A stretch of 64,000 nt of DNA from Leptogorgia sarmentosa. Its lineage: Eukaryota. The stretch's first letter is position 1, and each line of letters opens with the position of its first letter. The stretch is taken from the NCBI GenBank assembly GCA_964658305.1, contig OZ210884.1:6014001-6078000 (forward strand), in the 5' to 3' direction. Positions 49,821 through 63,294 of this stretch are shown here, in pieces. The translations under genes were made by a program, and so were the position numbers. The notes under the pieces were generated by a model. It had not been told where the DNA came from, did not search any database, and saw nothing but the letters and a program-made list of their open reading frames with translations.

Positions 49821-52800
49821 TGCCAGGGGTATGTTGGACGTGGGAAGAATGTTTTCGAACCTAAACCTTGCACTTTGTTCCAGGATATGGGCACACCATG
49901 GGTATAGAGATGAGCAACACAGTTTTGCAGAAAAGACAAGTGCTGATGACTTGCTGTCCGTTTCGGAATAGTTTGAACCACAAAAACCTCATTCGTACGC
50001 AAGGACTTTGCTGTTTGACTGCGGAACCACGTCTGGCGGACATGGTAGGAAAGTTGAGGGGCAGCGTTGATTTCAATTAAAAATTGGTAGCCATCAGCAA
50101 ACATGGTTTTTAGGGCATGCTCAAACAAAACAGGTTGTCGGATATTTTGCCACCAATGCTCCAAGGAGAGAAACTGACCAGACAACTGGGTGCCTGTTAC
50201 GGTTGAGTAAAATGGTATATTACTTTGTTTTTGACGTACGTGGAATTCACTGGTGGTTTTGTGGAATGATTCTTTGATTTCTTCCATCTCTTGGCTATGA
50301 TAGGCTCGTATTGTGGAAAGTTTTTTCCAGAAAACATCACTTCGCGCAGTTTTCACGTGGTTTTCAACGATTTCCATTGACGCTTTAGAACCAGATGAGA
50401 CGATGTTTCTTGGACTATTTATCACCGCAACATCAACTTCATTCGCTACCTGAAGTTCCTTCAACATTTTTTCAGCATCTGCTTTTGAAAGACCAATGGC
50501 AGCCATACAACCTGTCGGTGAACACTTCTCGTGAAGTTGCGATCGAAATAAAACCAATTGCAAAGCTTTGTGTAAAGGCAAGGCTCCAGAAGCTCAAGCA
50601 GCTGGTATTTCTCCAAGACTATGGCCAACAACAGCTGATGGTGTGACACCCCACGATTCCAATAATTCAGTTAAGGCGAAATGTACAGCAAACAACGCCG
50701 TCTGCCCGATAGGATTTTCGTTTAGGCGGGACGTTTCTTCCGGCTTTTGAAGCTCATTTAGTAAGGACCACGAAGCTTTGTACCGTTCCAGGAGGTCATC
50801 AATCTTTTCAATACTTTCCTTGAACTTTGGCCCATGAACTAACATTTCCTTTGCCATTCCAAACCATTGAGCTCCTTGACCACCATACAGAAAGGCGACT
50901 TTATTACGGGATGCAGTTACGTGACCTGTAGCTACCACGTCTGCAAACCCTTCATCCTGATTACTGAACTTTTGTAAAGCATTTGCTGCGTCTTCAAAAG
51001 AAGAAAAACTGACAGCTAAACGATATGGATGTTGAGTGTATCTCTCATTTAGGGAATAGCAAATGTTGTCCTTGAGAAGTTCGTCATCATCTGGTTTGGT
51101 CCAAAAAGACTGCGATACTTTCATGGCCAGGGCTTTTAAAGCATCTTTTGAAGTAGCGGACAACGTCATAACTCTGTCAGATATTGGTCTAGTAGGAAAT
51201 ACTGAAACAGGTTTCCTGGTAACTTCTCGGACAATAAGGTGAGCATTAGAACCTCCAAAGCCGTAGGATGAGACGGCAGCTGCTCTGGCTGCTCCAACGT
51301 TTGAATTCCAAGGCTCATTACAAACTTGAACCATCATTCGTCTATCAGTCATTCTGAGCTGAGGCTTCACTTCATGAACATTGATTGTCGGAACATATTG
51401 AGCATGTTTTATCATCAAGCAAGTCTTGATTAACCCAGCTAAACCTGCTGTTGATTCTGTATGGTTTATATTAGATTTCACGGATCCAACACGGAGTATT
51501 CGGCTGCTACTATGCCCATAAACGGCAGCCAATGATCCCATTTCGACAACGTCACCAATAGCTGTATCTGTGCCATGCGCTTCAACGTACTGTATTTCAT
51601 CCTTGGACAGACCAGATTCTCGAAGAACTCTTTCAAACAAAGCCGCTTGTGTAACTGCGCTAGGAGCTGTTATTGGAATTTCTGTTTGTCCATCGTTATT
51701 CACACCACAAGCTAAAACCTCCGCATAAATATCATCTCGGTCATCCAGAGCCGTTTGGGTTGGTTTAATCAATACAGCAGCAACACCTTCGCCTCGACCA
51801 TATCCATCTCCTGTTATATCAAAACTCTTGCAATGACCGTCTTGGGCCAACAGTCCTGCTCTGCAGCATGCCATGTGAAATTTTCTACCCGTAAGAAGAA
51901 TATTTCGTGCGCATACAATTGCCACGTCACATTCACCAGTTTGTAGGTGTCTAAAGGCAACGTCGAAGGCCACCAAGGATGACGAACAGGCTGTATCCAG
52001 TGTTAAACTGGGCCCAGTAAAATTGAATGCGAAAGAAATGCGATTGGCAATAACGGACATGGCACAACCTGTGGGCGAAAATTGATCAATGGTTCGAATA
52101 TTGGATGACTCTAAAACAAGCGAACCATATTCTAAGTTTATTAATCCAACATAAACGCCGGTTCGGCATTGTTGCAAATCTTCAAGACGCATTCCTGCAT
52201 CTTCAATTGCTTCGTAAACAACTTGAAGAAGTAAGCGTTGTTGTGGATCTAATTGACGGCACTCGGTGGGAGTTATTCCAAAGAACTGAGCATCAAATCC
52301 CGTAATTTTTTCAAGAAATGCTCCAGTAAGCACGTAGTGTTTTCCAGGAGTATTCCGTCCAGGATTAAAAGAATCCATGAATTCTTCTGAGTCTGGTCTA
52401 TTTTTCGGAAAAGATCCAATACCACAACGTCCTTCAACCAGCATATTCCAGAATTCATCTTTACTGTTTGTCCCTCCAGGAAAGCGGCAACCAGTGCCAA
52501 CTATAGCAGCAGGAATGGGATTTTTAGCTTTTACAACATACTTGGAAGAGGTTGTGTCAGTAATTTCGTAGAATTTTCGTTTCCCTACACGTTTGAACCA
52601 TTTCATTATGAAGGAATCGATGTCCATTTCACGAAAATCGAACAGCTTTCCCGGAAGTGTCAGGTACACGGGCAATATAACTAAGCCATGCAGCAGACCA
52701 AGAACCACAATGCCAACAAACATCTTGAAGAATGTTACAAAGACAGTAGAGGAAGCGAATCCTGTAGGCATCATTCCAAGGAAAGTACTCAGACCTCCGA

Positions 52801-53003
52801 GAAAAACACTGCCCCCAATTTTGCCAAGTGAGTCAATAACACGATTCTCTGCAGAGGTCTCCTTCGACGAAACAAAATGATAGGCCACATGTGCGTTGTA
52901 ATCCACGGAAAATCCTAGAGCCATAACAAGATTTATCATAGAAATTGAGTTCCGAGAGACATTCCATATGTACATCAGTCCAAGAAGCTCAAGAATAAGA
53001 GCT
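49821..53003 (-). pseudogene. Copy E: inverted Patched(TM9-12)-KS-AT fragment inserted inside copy D/F
   Basis: ORFs 50594..53014 and 49685..50581 are in the same frame, separated by TGG>TGA; EAHGTDT; flanked by 130-bp direct repeats. Confidence 0.92.
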
Positions 53004-56000
53004 TTACCTAACAATCCCGGTGACGATGATTTTCTATCCCTGGCAGAAGACGTACGAAAAGGGACAATGGAAGAAGAAATTGTCTATAGAGATGGCTCAA
53101 CTCAAACTCAACTTCTTGAATCGATTGACATATCGTAATATTATGTCAATCGATTCAAAAAGTTGAGTTTGGGTGAGAGAAAAATTACGAAAGATGAATC
53201 TCCTGTAACGAATGATGGTAAACAAAAGCCTTTCAAGGTGACAAGCATGTCAGGGAGATGGTTTCTTCAAAAAACGACTGAAGAGCGAATGTATGGAAAA
53301 ACAAAAATTGACATCCATTTCGCTTGTCCAGTCCTTCAAAAGCCGTGGTGTGACTTGAAAACGAATGATCGCGTAGCATTTGCAGGAAGTTTATGTGATG
53401 GTCAGATCAAAGCACAAAATGGCTTCGTACTCGGCGTTTGTAAAATTGATTACTTGGGCAGTTGCGTTGACGCAGAAAAATGCTGTTTAACAAAGATAGA
53501 AGACAACATCAATGCTCCGCAGGCGGTATCTCTAGGTTTCCCACTGGTAATGTCGTATTATATTCTCACCAATCTCGTTAACGATGCACCAGGAAAGAAT
53601 ATCCTCATCTATCACGAGAACGAGGAGATATGCTGCATTTTTGCTTGCGTTGCGCTGTGCTTTGATGTTAAAATCGTGATCCTCGCCAAGGATCGAAAAA
53701 GTAAGGAACGAATAACAAATACATACGATTTAGCGGTTGTAACTGCAGATGAAATAGCAAGAGCAGAATTAAATGCTGCTAGCGTGGTGGAATTCGACGC
53801 TGTTTGCCTCCTAAGTAAAAACAGTGCATATCTCTACCGTCAAATAATGAGTCATCTTAAACATGGCGCCAACGTAATCACTCTATGTGGAGATGAAAAT
53901 GTCAAGTTTATCCCGTTTGTTCATGGCAAAAATGTCCAATGTTTTATGACCAATTTGCAAAATATCACCGAGAGCTCTAAAAACTTTGAAAAATTGTTGG
54001 GCTGCTGTTATACGCTTTTGAGATCAAAAAGCCTTCTGGAAAAACTTCTAAATATTCCTCAGAGAGTATCCAAGATATACGACGTCATGAGCAATGAATA
54101 CAAAGACACAGTTTCAATAAGAGAAAAAGAAATCGGTTTGTCCATAGTTTCATTCAAACCTGAAAATACTCCCGAAAAAGTGGCTTTCTACAGTTTACCA
54201 CTGGATGCAAACGGTTTGAAAGATGATCGCACGTATCTTGTCATTGGGGGAGTTCGTGGTCTTGGTTTTGAAGTTGCAAAATGGATGGTTGAAAATGGTG
54301 CCAAAACAGTCGTATGTACAGCCCGATCACCGCCCAGCAAGGAAAAGGAAGCCGAGATTCCGCGCTTAGAGCAAGCGACTGGATCCCAGATTCTACTGAG
54401 ACAAGCAGATGTTACATCTTGGAAAGACATGAATGTAATAAAGGATGAACTTGAGAGCTTGCCTGCTGTGGCTGGAATTGTTTTCACCGCTATGGTTCTG
54501 GCAGATCAGTTGCTCATCAACGCCGACTTAGAAACATGTAAAAAAGTTGTCGAGACAAAAGTAAAAGGTGAATTTTCCAACATATTTAATTATTTATAGC
54601 TCCTTTACATGATGAATTTAAATAAACACGGAAAGTCTCTAAATGAATTCCTCACGGTATAATACTACATGCAGTATGTATGTCAACCTTCTACGGTATG
54701 TTAAATTACTTCAAGTATCTTGCTCATCCATATTCATCTTCAAAGCAAATGCCTAATACTCTAAAAAAGTTAAAAATTGCTCGATATTCCGAAGAGTATA
54801 TATTATGAAGACTTTTATACAGGTCAATTTGTTATTATTTTTGCACAGGTATGTTATGAGGGCACAATAACATACATATGCTGTGATGAAACCAATTCCT
54901 TTCCACTGTGGAGCTTACAAATGTGGAAATCATTGGTTGAAAGAATGGACTTTTACTACGTTCCGGGAAAACATTTGCAGACGCGTGACGAAACTCGTGG
55001 CAAGATTAGTGGATCTATAATGATGACAACAGCAGCAATGAAGTATCAATCAGCATTTTCCACATTTAACTTCCAGACTGTGAGATCCAGGTCACAAGAA
55101 CGCTTGGTAGAGTCCCTAAAGCAAGGCTTACACATCAGGATGTTGTCAAGTCCAAGTAAGAGAAAATTAAGTAAGAGGCGAAGAAGAAAATATTGGAAAA
55201 TTTTCCGTATTTACTCGTAATTACCGTTTGTGCGCCGCCTTCCAATAAGCGCCTAATGTGAGAGCGAAGAACTTAAAAGACGCCGCCTACGAATGAGCAC
55301 CACACTCGTTATCTGCACCATGCAGTGTTTATTCGAAAACACTGTCATAAATATTTAAAAAAACTGATCATACAAAATAACTATATGACATTTTAATCCT
55401 AAATGAACGTGGAAAATTTATTTTCTTGCACTACAATCCTTTTCAGATAAAATAAGTGCATTTCAAAGCCCTGGTAACGGTTCTTTTTATTATTTATATG
55501 TAAAGTTTTGCCGCTGTCCCTGAATAAGCGCCGCATCTTAGACACTGAAAATTTAAAGAGCGCCGCCGCGCTCGAACGAGCAAATGCGGTATATAGTTTT
55601 GATACCACAAAAAATTACCTCGTCTTCATCGAATGCCTATCCACTCATATTCTCCATCTTCTACATGTAGGTTCCAACACAACGATGAAAGGCATTCTGT
55701 GGTTGGATTCCGAAGAAACCGTGTTTTATTTCAAATATGAATCACTTGGATGTCCCAAGATGTGAAAGATTTTTCTCAAAGGTATTTCTTCGTTCCCGTC
55801 AAGTTATATACCTAATATAAATTTTAAGTTAGTTTATACACAAACACAATCTCAAGCACATTTAAATGACTGCCTTAAACACTAACATTTGAAGCACAAG
55901 GATATGCGCACGCTCCGTTTTGTTGACTTGCAAGGAAGAAATATAAACGCGTCTTCGTGTTTTCTTTATTAGTTAACATGATTTTGGCAAGCGGAACTTG

Positions 56001-56312
56001 CGCTGGCGATTGCTGTTAAAATAAATAGTGAAAAACTTTTTTTTGAATTTCTTATAGATATTAAAAAAAACCTATACATAGATTTGTATTGAATAATACC
56101 AATTTTACCTTTAAGATCTGACCAACGTTGTACCTGGTAGACATGTTGATAAAATCAGGAAATATCATGAAGGCAAATCTTACACTGATTTCCTCGTGTG
56201 TATGTTGAGCAACAAAGGCAAGCTTTACACGTTCAGATGTGAAGATTGGGAACAACTTAAGAAACTGATCGATGCCTTGGAAGCTCTCTTTGGAATTCCA
56301 TTTATCCAGTGA
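53003..56312 (+). pseudogene. Copy F: 3' continuation of copy D (ER0-KR N-part to 54568; exons 54849-55155, 55671-55781, 56116-56312)
   Basis: The last three exons have the same lengths as in copy B (307, 111, 197 nt); exons for the KR C-terminus, ACP and TE nucleophile are missing; CGA>TGA at 55763. Confidence 0.9.
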
Positions 56313-58565
56313 GATGTGACTTACCATATAATACCATATATATTACTTTATTGACTTTTTATAGTTATGAATCATTATAAAAATGGGGTAAAATTGGATT
56401 AGTAGTATTATCATTGGGGGAAATAGTGTTAGCTACTGTATGCATGCGATGAATACGATATTATAATTTTTGATTGTGGTGAAATAATTGGGCTGAGTAG
56501 TTCTTGTCACAAAATGCAATTTAGCATTTTAATTTCTATTTATATTTGTGTTCAAATCGTTAGCTCTAAGTACTCATTTACTTCACGCAGGCTATGTGAC
56601 CAGGCCTTAACATTCCAATCCCAAATTCATTTTTTCATCAAGGGATAAAAAGTTACTTGTTTTCCTCGTGAACAATTGTTTGACGGTTAGGATTAGGGTC
56701 AGGTCAGATTGCAAGAAATGTTCTAGTTGCCTCAAATCCTCAAAATACACTGATTAACAATTTTTCCCCGAATACGAGGTGATTCCAAGCTCATGTTCAC
56801 TGAGCCACGAATCGAAGGGTTGGGAAATTAACCAGGAACAGGCCATCGGGAGCAATTTACAATTAGAGGGCTGAAAATTCGTATTAGTGATTGCGTTTCC
56901 GGAGGGTTTGCGAAAGAGCTGGCCGGTTGCACGTTTTTCTGGAAACTTTTGACGGCACATTTAAGACTAGAGTGCCAGATGCTAAATTCTTGTTGAAATC
57001 TTATATCTTATAAAGATTCCTTTTAAATTTTTAAATATTTTCTTCTTCTAAAAAGATTTTCGCCAAAATGTTGACAATTATTGGGGGGTGGGGGTGTAAC
57101 CTGCCCTAAAAATACATGCAATGCAGCAACCCTCGCCTAACAAACCAACAATTATGTTTTCGAAATATTTTTGGATTGATGTCACGCGTTACTTGGCTCT
57201 TTAATTTTATCTGGCTCCATCCCACAGAATAATCTCACAGAAGTCCAAGTCTATTGTTTTTTTTTGCATTGCGTAAGCTGTATCGCTTAGCAAGTACCAT
57301 AAGCAGGGGCAGTTACCCCCCTGAAATATTCGAAATGTTTCTTCATTCAGGGGGGTACTACTTCTGTTTAAGGGCACTTGCTGAGCAAGTGATGATGAAT
57401 ACAGCTTAGGAAAAAAACAATAGTAAGAGATGGACTTCTGTGGTGTATTATATTATGAGCCATAAGGATTAAAGGTCAACACAGGTAAGTTTAAATGTAT
57501 TATAGGTTTATGAGTAATTTGGCGCAGCTTTGTACTTTTAATCATCGTTAAATGAAGCGATGAAGTTACCTTGTTTATTGTTAATTTGATGTTTGCTATT
57601 TGGTCGTCGCTTTGGTCGCATTGTCAGCATGTTTTATACAAGATTTTATTCCTAAATTTTCTAGTTGTTGTTAAATGTGAAATATTATTACAATTCCTTG
57701 ATAGTTTATCCTTCTTTATCTTTTGTTTTTAAGCACATCATATCGTTCAAACAATCAAGGGTGAATAACTTAAGTAACACATGTAAATAATTTGTTTTCA
57801 TGTTTTGCTTATTAATTATCTCGCATTTATCTTAAACCTGATTGGCTGTTTAAGCACCATAAATAAATATTATTGGTTCGTTACAGTCAGTACTCAAACA
57901 GGATTGGTTAAAAAATGATGCAATTACAACTCATGCAAAGCTCAAAATAGTGCGATTACAGCTAAAAATGGCGCGATTTTGGCACTAATTGCACTAATTT
58001 TATTTTTTAACTAATCAGATTGCTCGAATTATGCATGATTTTACAATGAATATATCAAAAAGGTCTGAAATCGAACTTGTGCACCCATAAATTTTGTAAT
58101 TACACGACACTAAGTGCAATTTCCACTTTATTTTTGTTATATTCATTTTGAAATCTTGGCTTGACGATTTTTTGCAAAGCGGAAGCAAAAGGGACACGCC
58201 TCCGTATACTCCCTCATAATTGCTGTAGCATAGCAACACTCGCCAAATGAAAATGTGAAAGTACAGTCCGTTAAATCACGGTTAAATAAAGCGGATAAAT
58301 GTTCATAAAATGAAATCACAGACAAAGATCAAAGGACAACACAAGTAAGTTTGAATATATAGTAGTTTTACGAGTCATTTGGTGTGGTTTTGTGCTTTTA
58401 AACATCGGAACTATTACTATATACCTTGTTTTGCTTGCTTGCTGCTTGTCGCGTTTTGACCAAATGTTTATCGGAGATATTTTTCCTATTAAATTTGGTT
58501 GTTATATTTGTGAAATATCAACACAATACACTAATAGTTTAGTCTTCTTTATCTACTGTTTTCAA

Positions 58566-58901
58566 AGCCCTGTTCATATGAGAAAAATTTATCCCGGTTA
58601 GGGAGGATAGGAGGGCGGACATTTCGAAAAGTTTACAAAAGCGAGATCTATATCGCCTTGTTGACGTTGTGAAAATAACATGAAAGGTTACATTGCGTTC
58701 ATATGCGACGAATTGTTTTCGTAAGTATCGAGATCTCGCTTGCAGGCAGATCTCAATAACCTAGTAGATCATTTTTGTCCCATATGAGCACAAATAACCG
58801 TAACTTTCTCGCTTAATGGGAAAATGTCCATTGTTCCTTCGTCGCGCGGTCGAAATGATTTCTAACCAACTGGGATAACTTCTGTTGATGTGAACAGGCC
58901 T
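58566..58901. mobile_element. Harbinger-like MITE inside a degenerate duplicate of 57460-57850
   Basis: agccctgttca...ttatcccggttag / ctaaccaactgggataa...tgaacaggcct; the flanks align with 57470-57850. Confidence 0.6.
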
Positions 58902-59183
58902 TAAGGACAAAATATTGCTTAGGCAATATTCTAGGAGTATATTAGAGAAACGTGTAAATAATTTCTTTTCATGCAAAGCTTTATTGCTATATAATTACCA
59001 TCGAATATTTGTCTTAAACCTTATTGGCTGTTTGCCCGGATGTCCCCCAAGACAGTGGAACCTGCATCAATTAATTATGCATTCGATGACATTTTTATTC
59101 ACAGTAATGTAATTAATTATTATTGACATTAGTTTGACGAACTTGTTATTTTTCTGTGTCTGCGATTTCATATTTTGTGTACA

Positions 59184-59607
59184 GAATAAGTAAAAGCATG
59201 GCAAGATAAAACTGTGCAAAGCGATTTCGTCTTAAATGAATACATTATTCTTTATGCGGGTTCCGTTCTTTTTGGGACACCCTGTATAAAAAAAGAAAAC
59301 GGGGGGGGGGGGAGCTATTTCAGATACTTCAGTATATGTTCTTGCTTTCACGCGTAATTTTCCAAATAAGTAAAAGCAAGACAACATAAAATAATTTTCG
59401 GAATAAGTAATAAAATAATTTTCCGAATAAGTAAAAGCAAGACAATATAAAAGTACTGATACAACAAAGCGATTTCGTTTTAAATGAATACATTATTTAT
59501 GCAGGTTCCGTTCTTTTTGGGACACCCTGTATATAAAAAAGAAACGGGGGGGAGGCTATTTCAGATACTTCAGTGTACCTTCTCGCTTTCGCACGTAATT
59601 TTCCAAA
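59184..59607. repeat. Tandem duplication of a ~185-240-bp unit
   Basis: gcgatttcgt..aaatgaatacattatt...ttccgttctttttgggacaccctgtata...gctatttcagatacttcagt...gtaattttccaaa occurs twice. Confidence 0.85.
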
Positions 59608-61428
59608 CCATAAATTTAACTCTGAACGTAGCATTCGTACCCTAACGACCAACAACAATTCGAAGGAGTAAGAAAAAAAAAGAAAAAAATTGTAAGAAAT
59701 TAAAGTAAATTTAGTGGTCCTGCAATTAAAGTAAAACGATGCCCGACCTCGTTTAGGTTTTTTTCGCTCGCAGCGGCGGGCTCGCTTATTAACACAGAAA
59801 GATAAGGACTGGAAACGAGGTGCTCTGAAATATCTGAAATAGCCATCACCTGAGATTCGCTGTCCAACCGGATTGGTTAAAAAATGATGCGACTCTCAAA
59901 GTTTTTCGCTTCTGGGTGCGAGCAGGGCTTTGACAGAATTTAACCTATGATCTCATGATCAAGGGCTCGTTCACACTTAGCTCACTTGTAAATTGATTTT
60001 GTAAATTCCAAAACGATTCCATTCGCTTTCGAGGAGTTGTCGCATTTAATTAAACATTCTTTTGTTTTGCTATACCAATTTGGCGGCGTGATGTCACATG
60101 CAAACGCTCCCGGCCATACCTAAGTCGGGAAAGGAATTTTTAAAAAAAATGCTGGATAATTACTGGTGGATACTAGCTGACGCAGTGTTAACTGTCATGG
60201 TAACAAACTGTCAACTCCACATCTTGCTATATTTTGAGAACCGAAATATTACGTTTTCGCCGGGCCAAAAAAGTCGAGACTTCTCGCCTATTGTTGCAAA
60301 TTCGAAGAGAGTCAGAACTCAACTAACTGTCTCACTGATTTGTGAGCACTTTCAAAAGGGCCGAGGGCAAAATAAAATTGGTAGTGGTTGTAGAGAATGG
60401 AGGACCAGACACTCATATATAATAATATATATCAAAATCCGTATACAAAATGCATATTTTACAACAACATAACAAGAGAAAGTAATATGAACAAAGAAAT
60501 AGGAAAAACCAACTTATTTAACGCTAGACTTTGCTGTTATTAAGTTCGGAAAATTTTCTCGAAGTGCGGCTTTCGAATATCGTTGCGTCCCACAAATTCA
60601 TTGGCGACATCTGTAAGATTGAGGTGGTCAGTTCTGTCTTTGCGTATGTTAACAATGCCGAGGCTGTTAATCGTGTTGGGTCGTTGATGATCTAAGCCAT
60701 GTCTTTAACCTTCTGGCCATATGATCTTTTTGCTGTGGCACTCGTTGCAGGATTAACGAACAGAAGTTTGCAAATTAAAAGAAATGAAATACAAAACGAA
60801 ATGCTAGATAAACATTCCTTTACAAAGTTTTAGCAATAATGCGGGGGGGGGGGGGGGGGGTGATTGCCTCCCCTCCCCCCCTTCCCCTCCCCTGTTCCGC
60901 GGCCACTGTTGTTTCACTAGATTTGTGCGTTTATACTGCGAAACCGGGGTCAAATTAACAACTTGAATTGGGATTGGTCTCGGTCGTTTTCGTTTAACTT
61001 CATTTACGACTGATGGCACAATGCCTTATTCCGACTCGAATTAGTTATGATTTTATCATCATTAAAGATCAGAGCTGTTTGGTCGGACGACTGCAATATC
61101 AAATTCTCCCAAGTGATACACCGGAGTCGTCAGGACCTAAATCAAATGTTTATTTGTCTCGCTGATCCCTAATGTTAGTAGTCGTCAAATTCCCTATTTC
61201 ATAACAACATGAACTGTTGAATCTTGATAGTAAAGCACGCCATAATAAAAAGCAGTGTTAGTTAATTTCATGCAGGTAGCGCCATCACTTTGATGCTATA
61301 CCACGTGACTAATCTCGGTTGTACGGTTGGTTGATAGATGATCACTGAAATTTTTGTTATTTCCTATTTTGAGTAAGCGAGTTTAGGGCTTTACTCATGT
61401 ATATTGACTGGGTTTTCAAAGATACGGC

Positions 61429-63294
61429 ATGGATGGATATTTTCTTCGAGACGAAGATATAATCGGTGAAAATCCTGGGGAATATAGACCATTCGATCTG
61501 GTCGATTGGAAAGTTTCGCCAACTACAGATTTTTCACTTGAGTCGCCGGAACTCAATTTTACTGCGGAAAATTTGCTTGACAGAGTGCCGAAACACGACA
61601 GTACACTAGAAGATACAGATAGTTGGTTGTCTGTTTTAAATACTAAAGAATCTTGGTCTGAAACGAAAACAAAATTATCACAAGAAGGATATCTTAATGA
61701 ACAGGTCGTACCAGACCAGTGTCATGGAGTACATCAATTAGATCACAAAGCTAACAGTGTAGCAATTCAAGAAATTCAGAGGAATTTTGCTGAAATTTCA
61801 AAAGATAGTTGCACTAAGGAAAGTAACTGTAGTCCTAATAGAATTTCAGATGATGTGACGATGGACAATGCATTAGAAGGAGATGAAACACCACAAAATC
61901 CAAACAATTCAGTGCTTATTGTTGATCACAAAGAGCAGGTCAAATGCGAACAAGAACGTTTTGAAATACCACCTGCTAATATCTTGTTCAACTTTAATCC
62001 TCTTACTGAGGAGAAAAATGTCGAGAATATAGCGAAAAATCGTGCCAGTGAAGAACCAACGGATTCGGTAAAAGTTGCTTCTGTGTCAAGTCTGTCAGAC
62101 ACCGTTCAAACAATAGATGTCAGTGAAGCAAATGGCCAGTTAGAAATTCAAAACAGCGAACGTTCGAACAGCGAATTCGTGCAACCTGCTAATGTTGAAA
62201 AAACTAAAATAAAATTGCAAGAAAATAGCTTCGCACAACAGAGAAGCAAACAAACTCGAGAGGGAAATGAGATTCGTAAAATTCGTAAAGAGGTTTTTAA
62301 ACTACTAACAGTGACTAAAATTCCAAAATGTATGATGGTTGATTATAAATTTGATCGTAGCAACAAGCTTCCTTCCTTTGCCGAAACATTTTGTCCCGAT
62401 TTGTCTGAAAAGCGAAGGAAGACGCCCAGAGATATTGAACTCCCAGATGTTTTACAGAGCGCAGACGAAAGGAGCGATAAAGACGAGGAGATGTCCATAT
62501 TTATACCTGGAAGTGATTCGGAATATGAATGTAGTGAGCCAGATGTTGAGGAAGATGAACGGCCTTCAGAATTGACAAGTCAGGATTCTTCAGGCTCAGA
62601 CGCGTTACCCAAGATAAAATCAGAAGTAATGGACAGTGAATCAGAAACCTCAAACAAGACTCAAATTTTAAAGACGGAATATGTCGATACTCCTTCAAGT
62701 ATGTTGGCTATTGACGACGAGTTGGAAAACTTTTTAGTTTCAAGTATTGTGTTTAACGATACAACTCAACGAAGCGTTTCCCATTTGCCAGATTTATCTA
62801 ATAATATAGGTCTAATTTTCAAGTCTGAGGGATTAAATGAGGAACATTGCATAGAACCGGATTATGGAAGCTTATTTGCGAAACCTGAATTGCCAGATGA
62901 TAGCGTAAAAACTTGCAAACAAGAGCAAAACACAAACGTCAATGTCAATACAAGTTATACAACATTGAATAATTATCAAGGGGATCTCTTTAATACTGCA
63001 TTGCTTGGCAGTGAGAGATCGTGGCATGAGCACAATGCTCCAGAGAATATGAATCCATTCTACGGCAGTCTTTTGACAAATAGTACTCCTAGTTATGTGA
63101 ACCATATCGGCTCAAGACATTTCACCAACAATATATTTCGCATGGGGGACCCGTTTATGAACAACGCGGATTTAAAAACCATGACAAGTTTACCGATGGA
63201 AATCATGCAAACAGATATTGATCCTTTTAAATTCACTACCTTGGTTCCCAAAGTCGAAGTCTTAGATTCCTCTATGAATTATGGTTTCAGCTAG
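61429..63294 (+). CDS. Uncharacterised 621-aa acidic, Ser/Glu/Asn-rich, probably disordered protein (or a large terminal exon)
   Basis: 1.87-kb open frame in AT-rich DNA, starting at ATG; no domain recognised. Confidence 0.65.
   Translation: MDGYFLRDEDIIGENPGEYRPFDLVDWKVSPTTDFSLESPELNFTAENLLDRVPKHDSTLEDTDSWLSVLNTKESWSETKTKLSQEGYLNEQVVPDQCHGVHQLDHKANSVAIQEIQRNFAEISKDSCTKESNCSPNRISDDVTMDNALEGDETPQNPNNSVLIVDHKEQVKCEQERFEIPPANILFNFNPLTEEKNVENIAKNRASEEPTDSVKVASVSSLSDTVQTIDVSEANGQLEIQNSERSNSEFVQPANVEKTKIKLQENSFAQQRSKQTREGNEIRKIRKEVFKLLTVTKIPKCMMVDYKFDRSNKLPSFAETFCPDLSEKRRKTPRDIELPDVLQSADERSDKDEEMSIFIPGSDSEYECSEPDVEEDERPSELTSQDSSGSDALPKIKSEVMDSESETSNKTQILKTEYVDTPSSMLAIDDELENFLVSSIVFNDTTQRSVSHLPDLSNNIGLIFKSEGLNEEHCIEPDYGSLFAKPELPDDSVKTCKQEQNTNVNVNTSYTTLNNYQGDLFNTALLGSERSWHEHNAPENMNPFYGSLLTNSTPSYVNHIGSRHFTNNIFRMGDPFMNNADLKTMTSLPMEIMQTDIDPFKFTTLVPKVEVLDSSMNYGFS

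Noticed and set aside
49582..49971. Novel chimeric protein ORF
   Set aside because: Read-through across the hairpin and inversion breakpoint of a pseudogene
56685..56706. Telomeric repeat array (also ~12546-12565)
   Set aside because: Only 2-3 degenerate units, probably relics of the repeat families above
60098..60472. 124-aa ORF upstream of the 621-aa ORF
   Set aside because: No recognisable motif or coding-like composition; not supportable as a CDS
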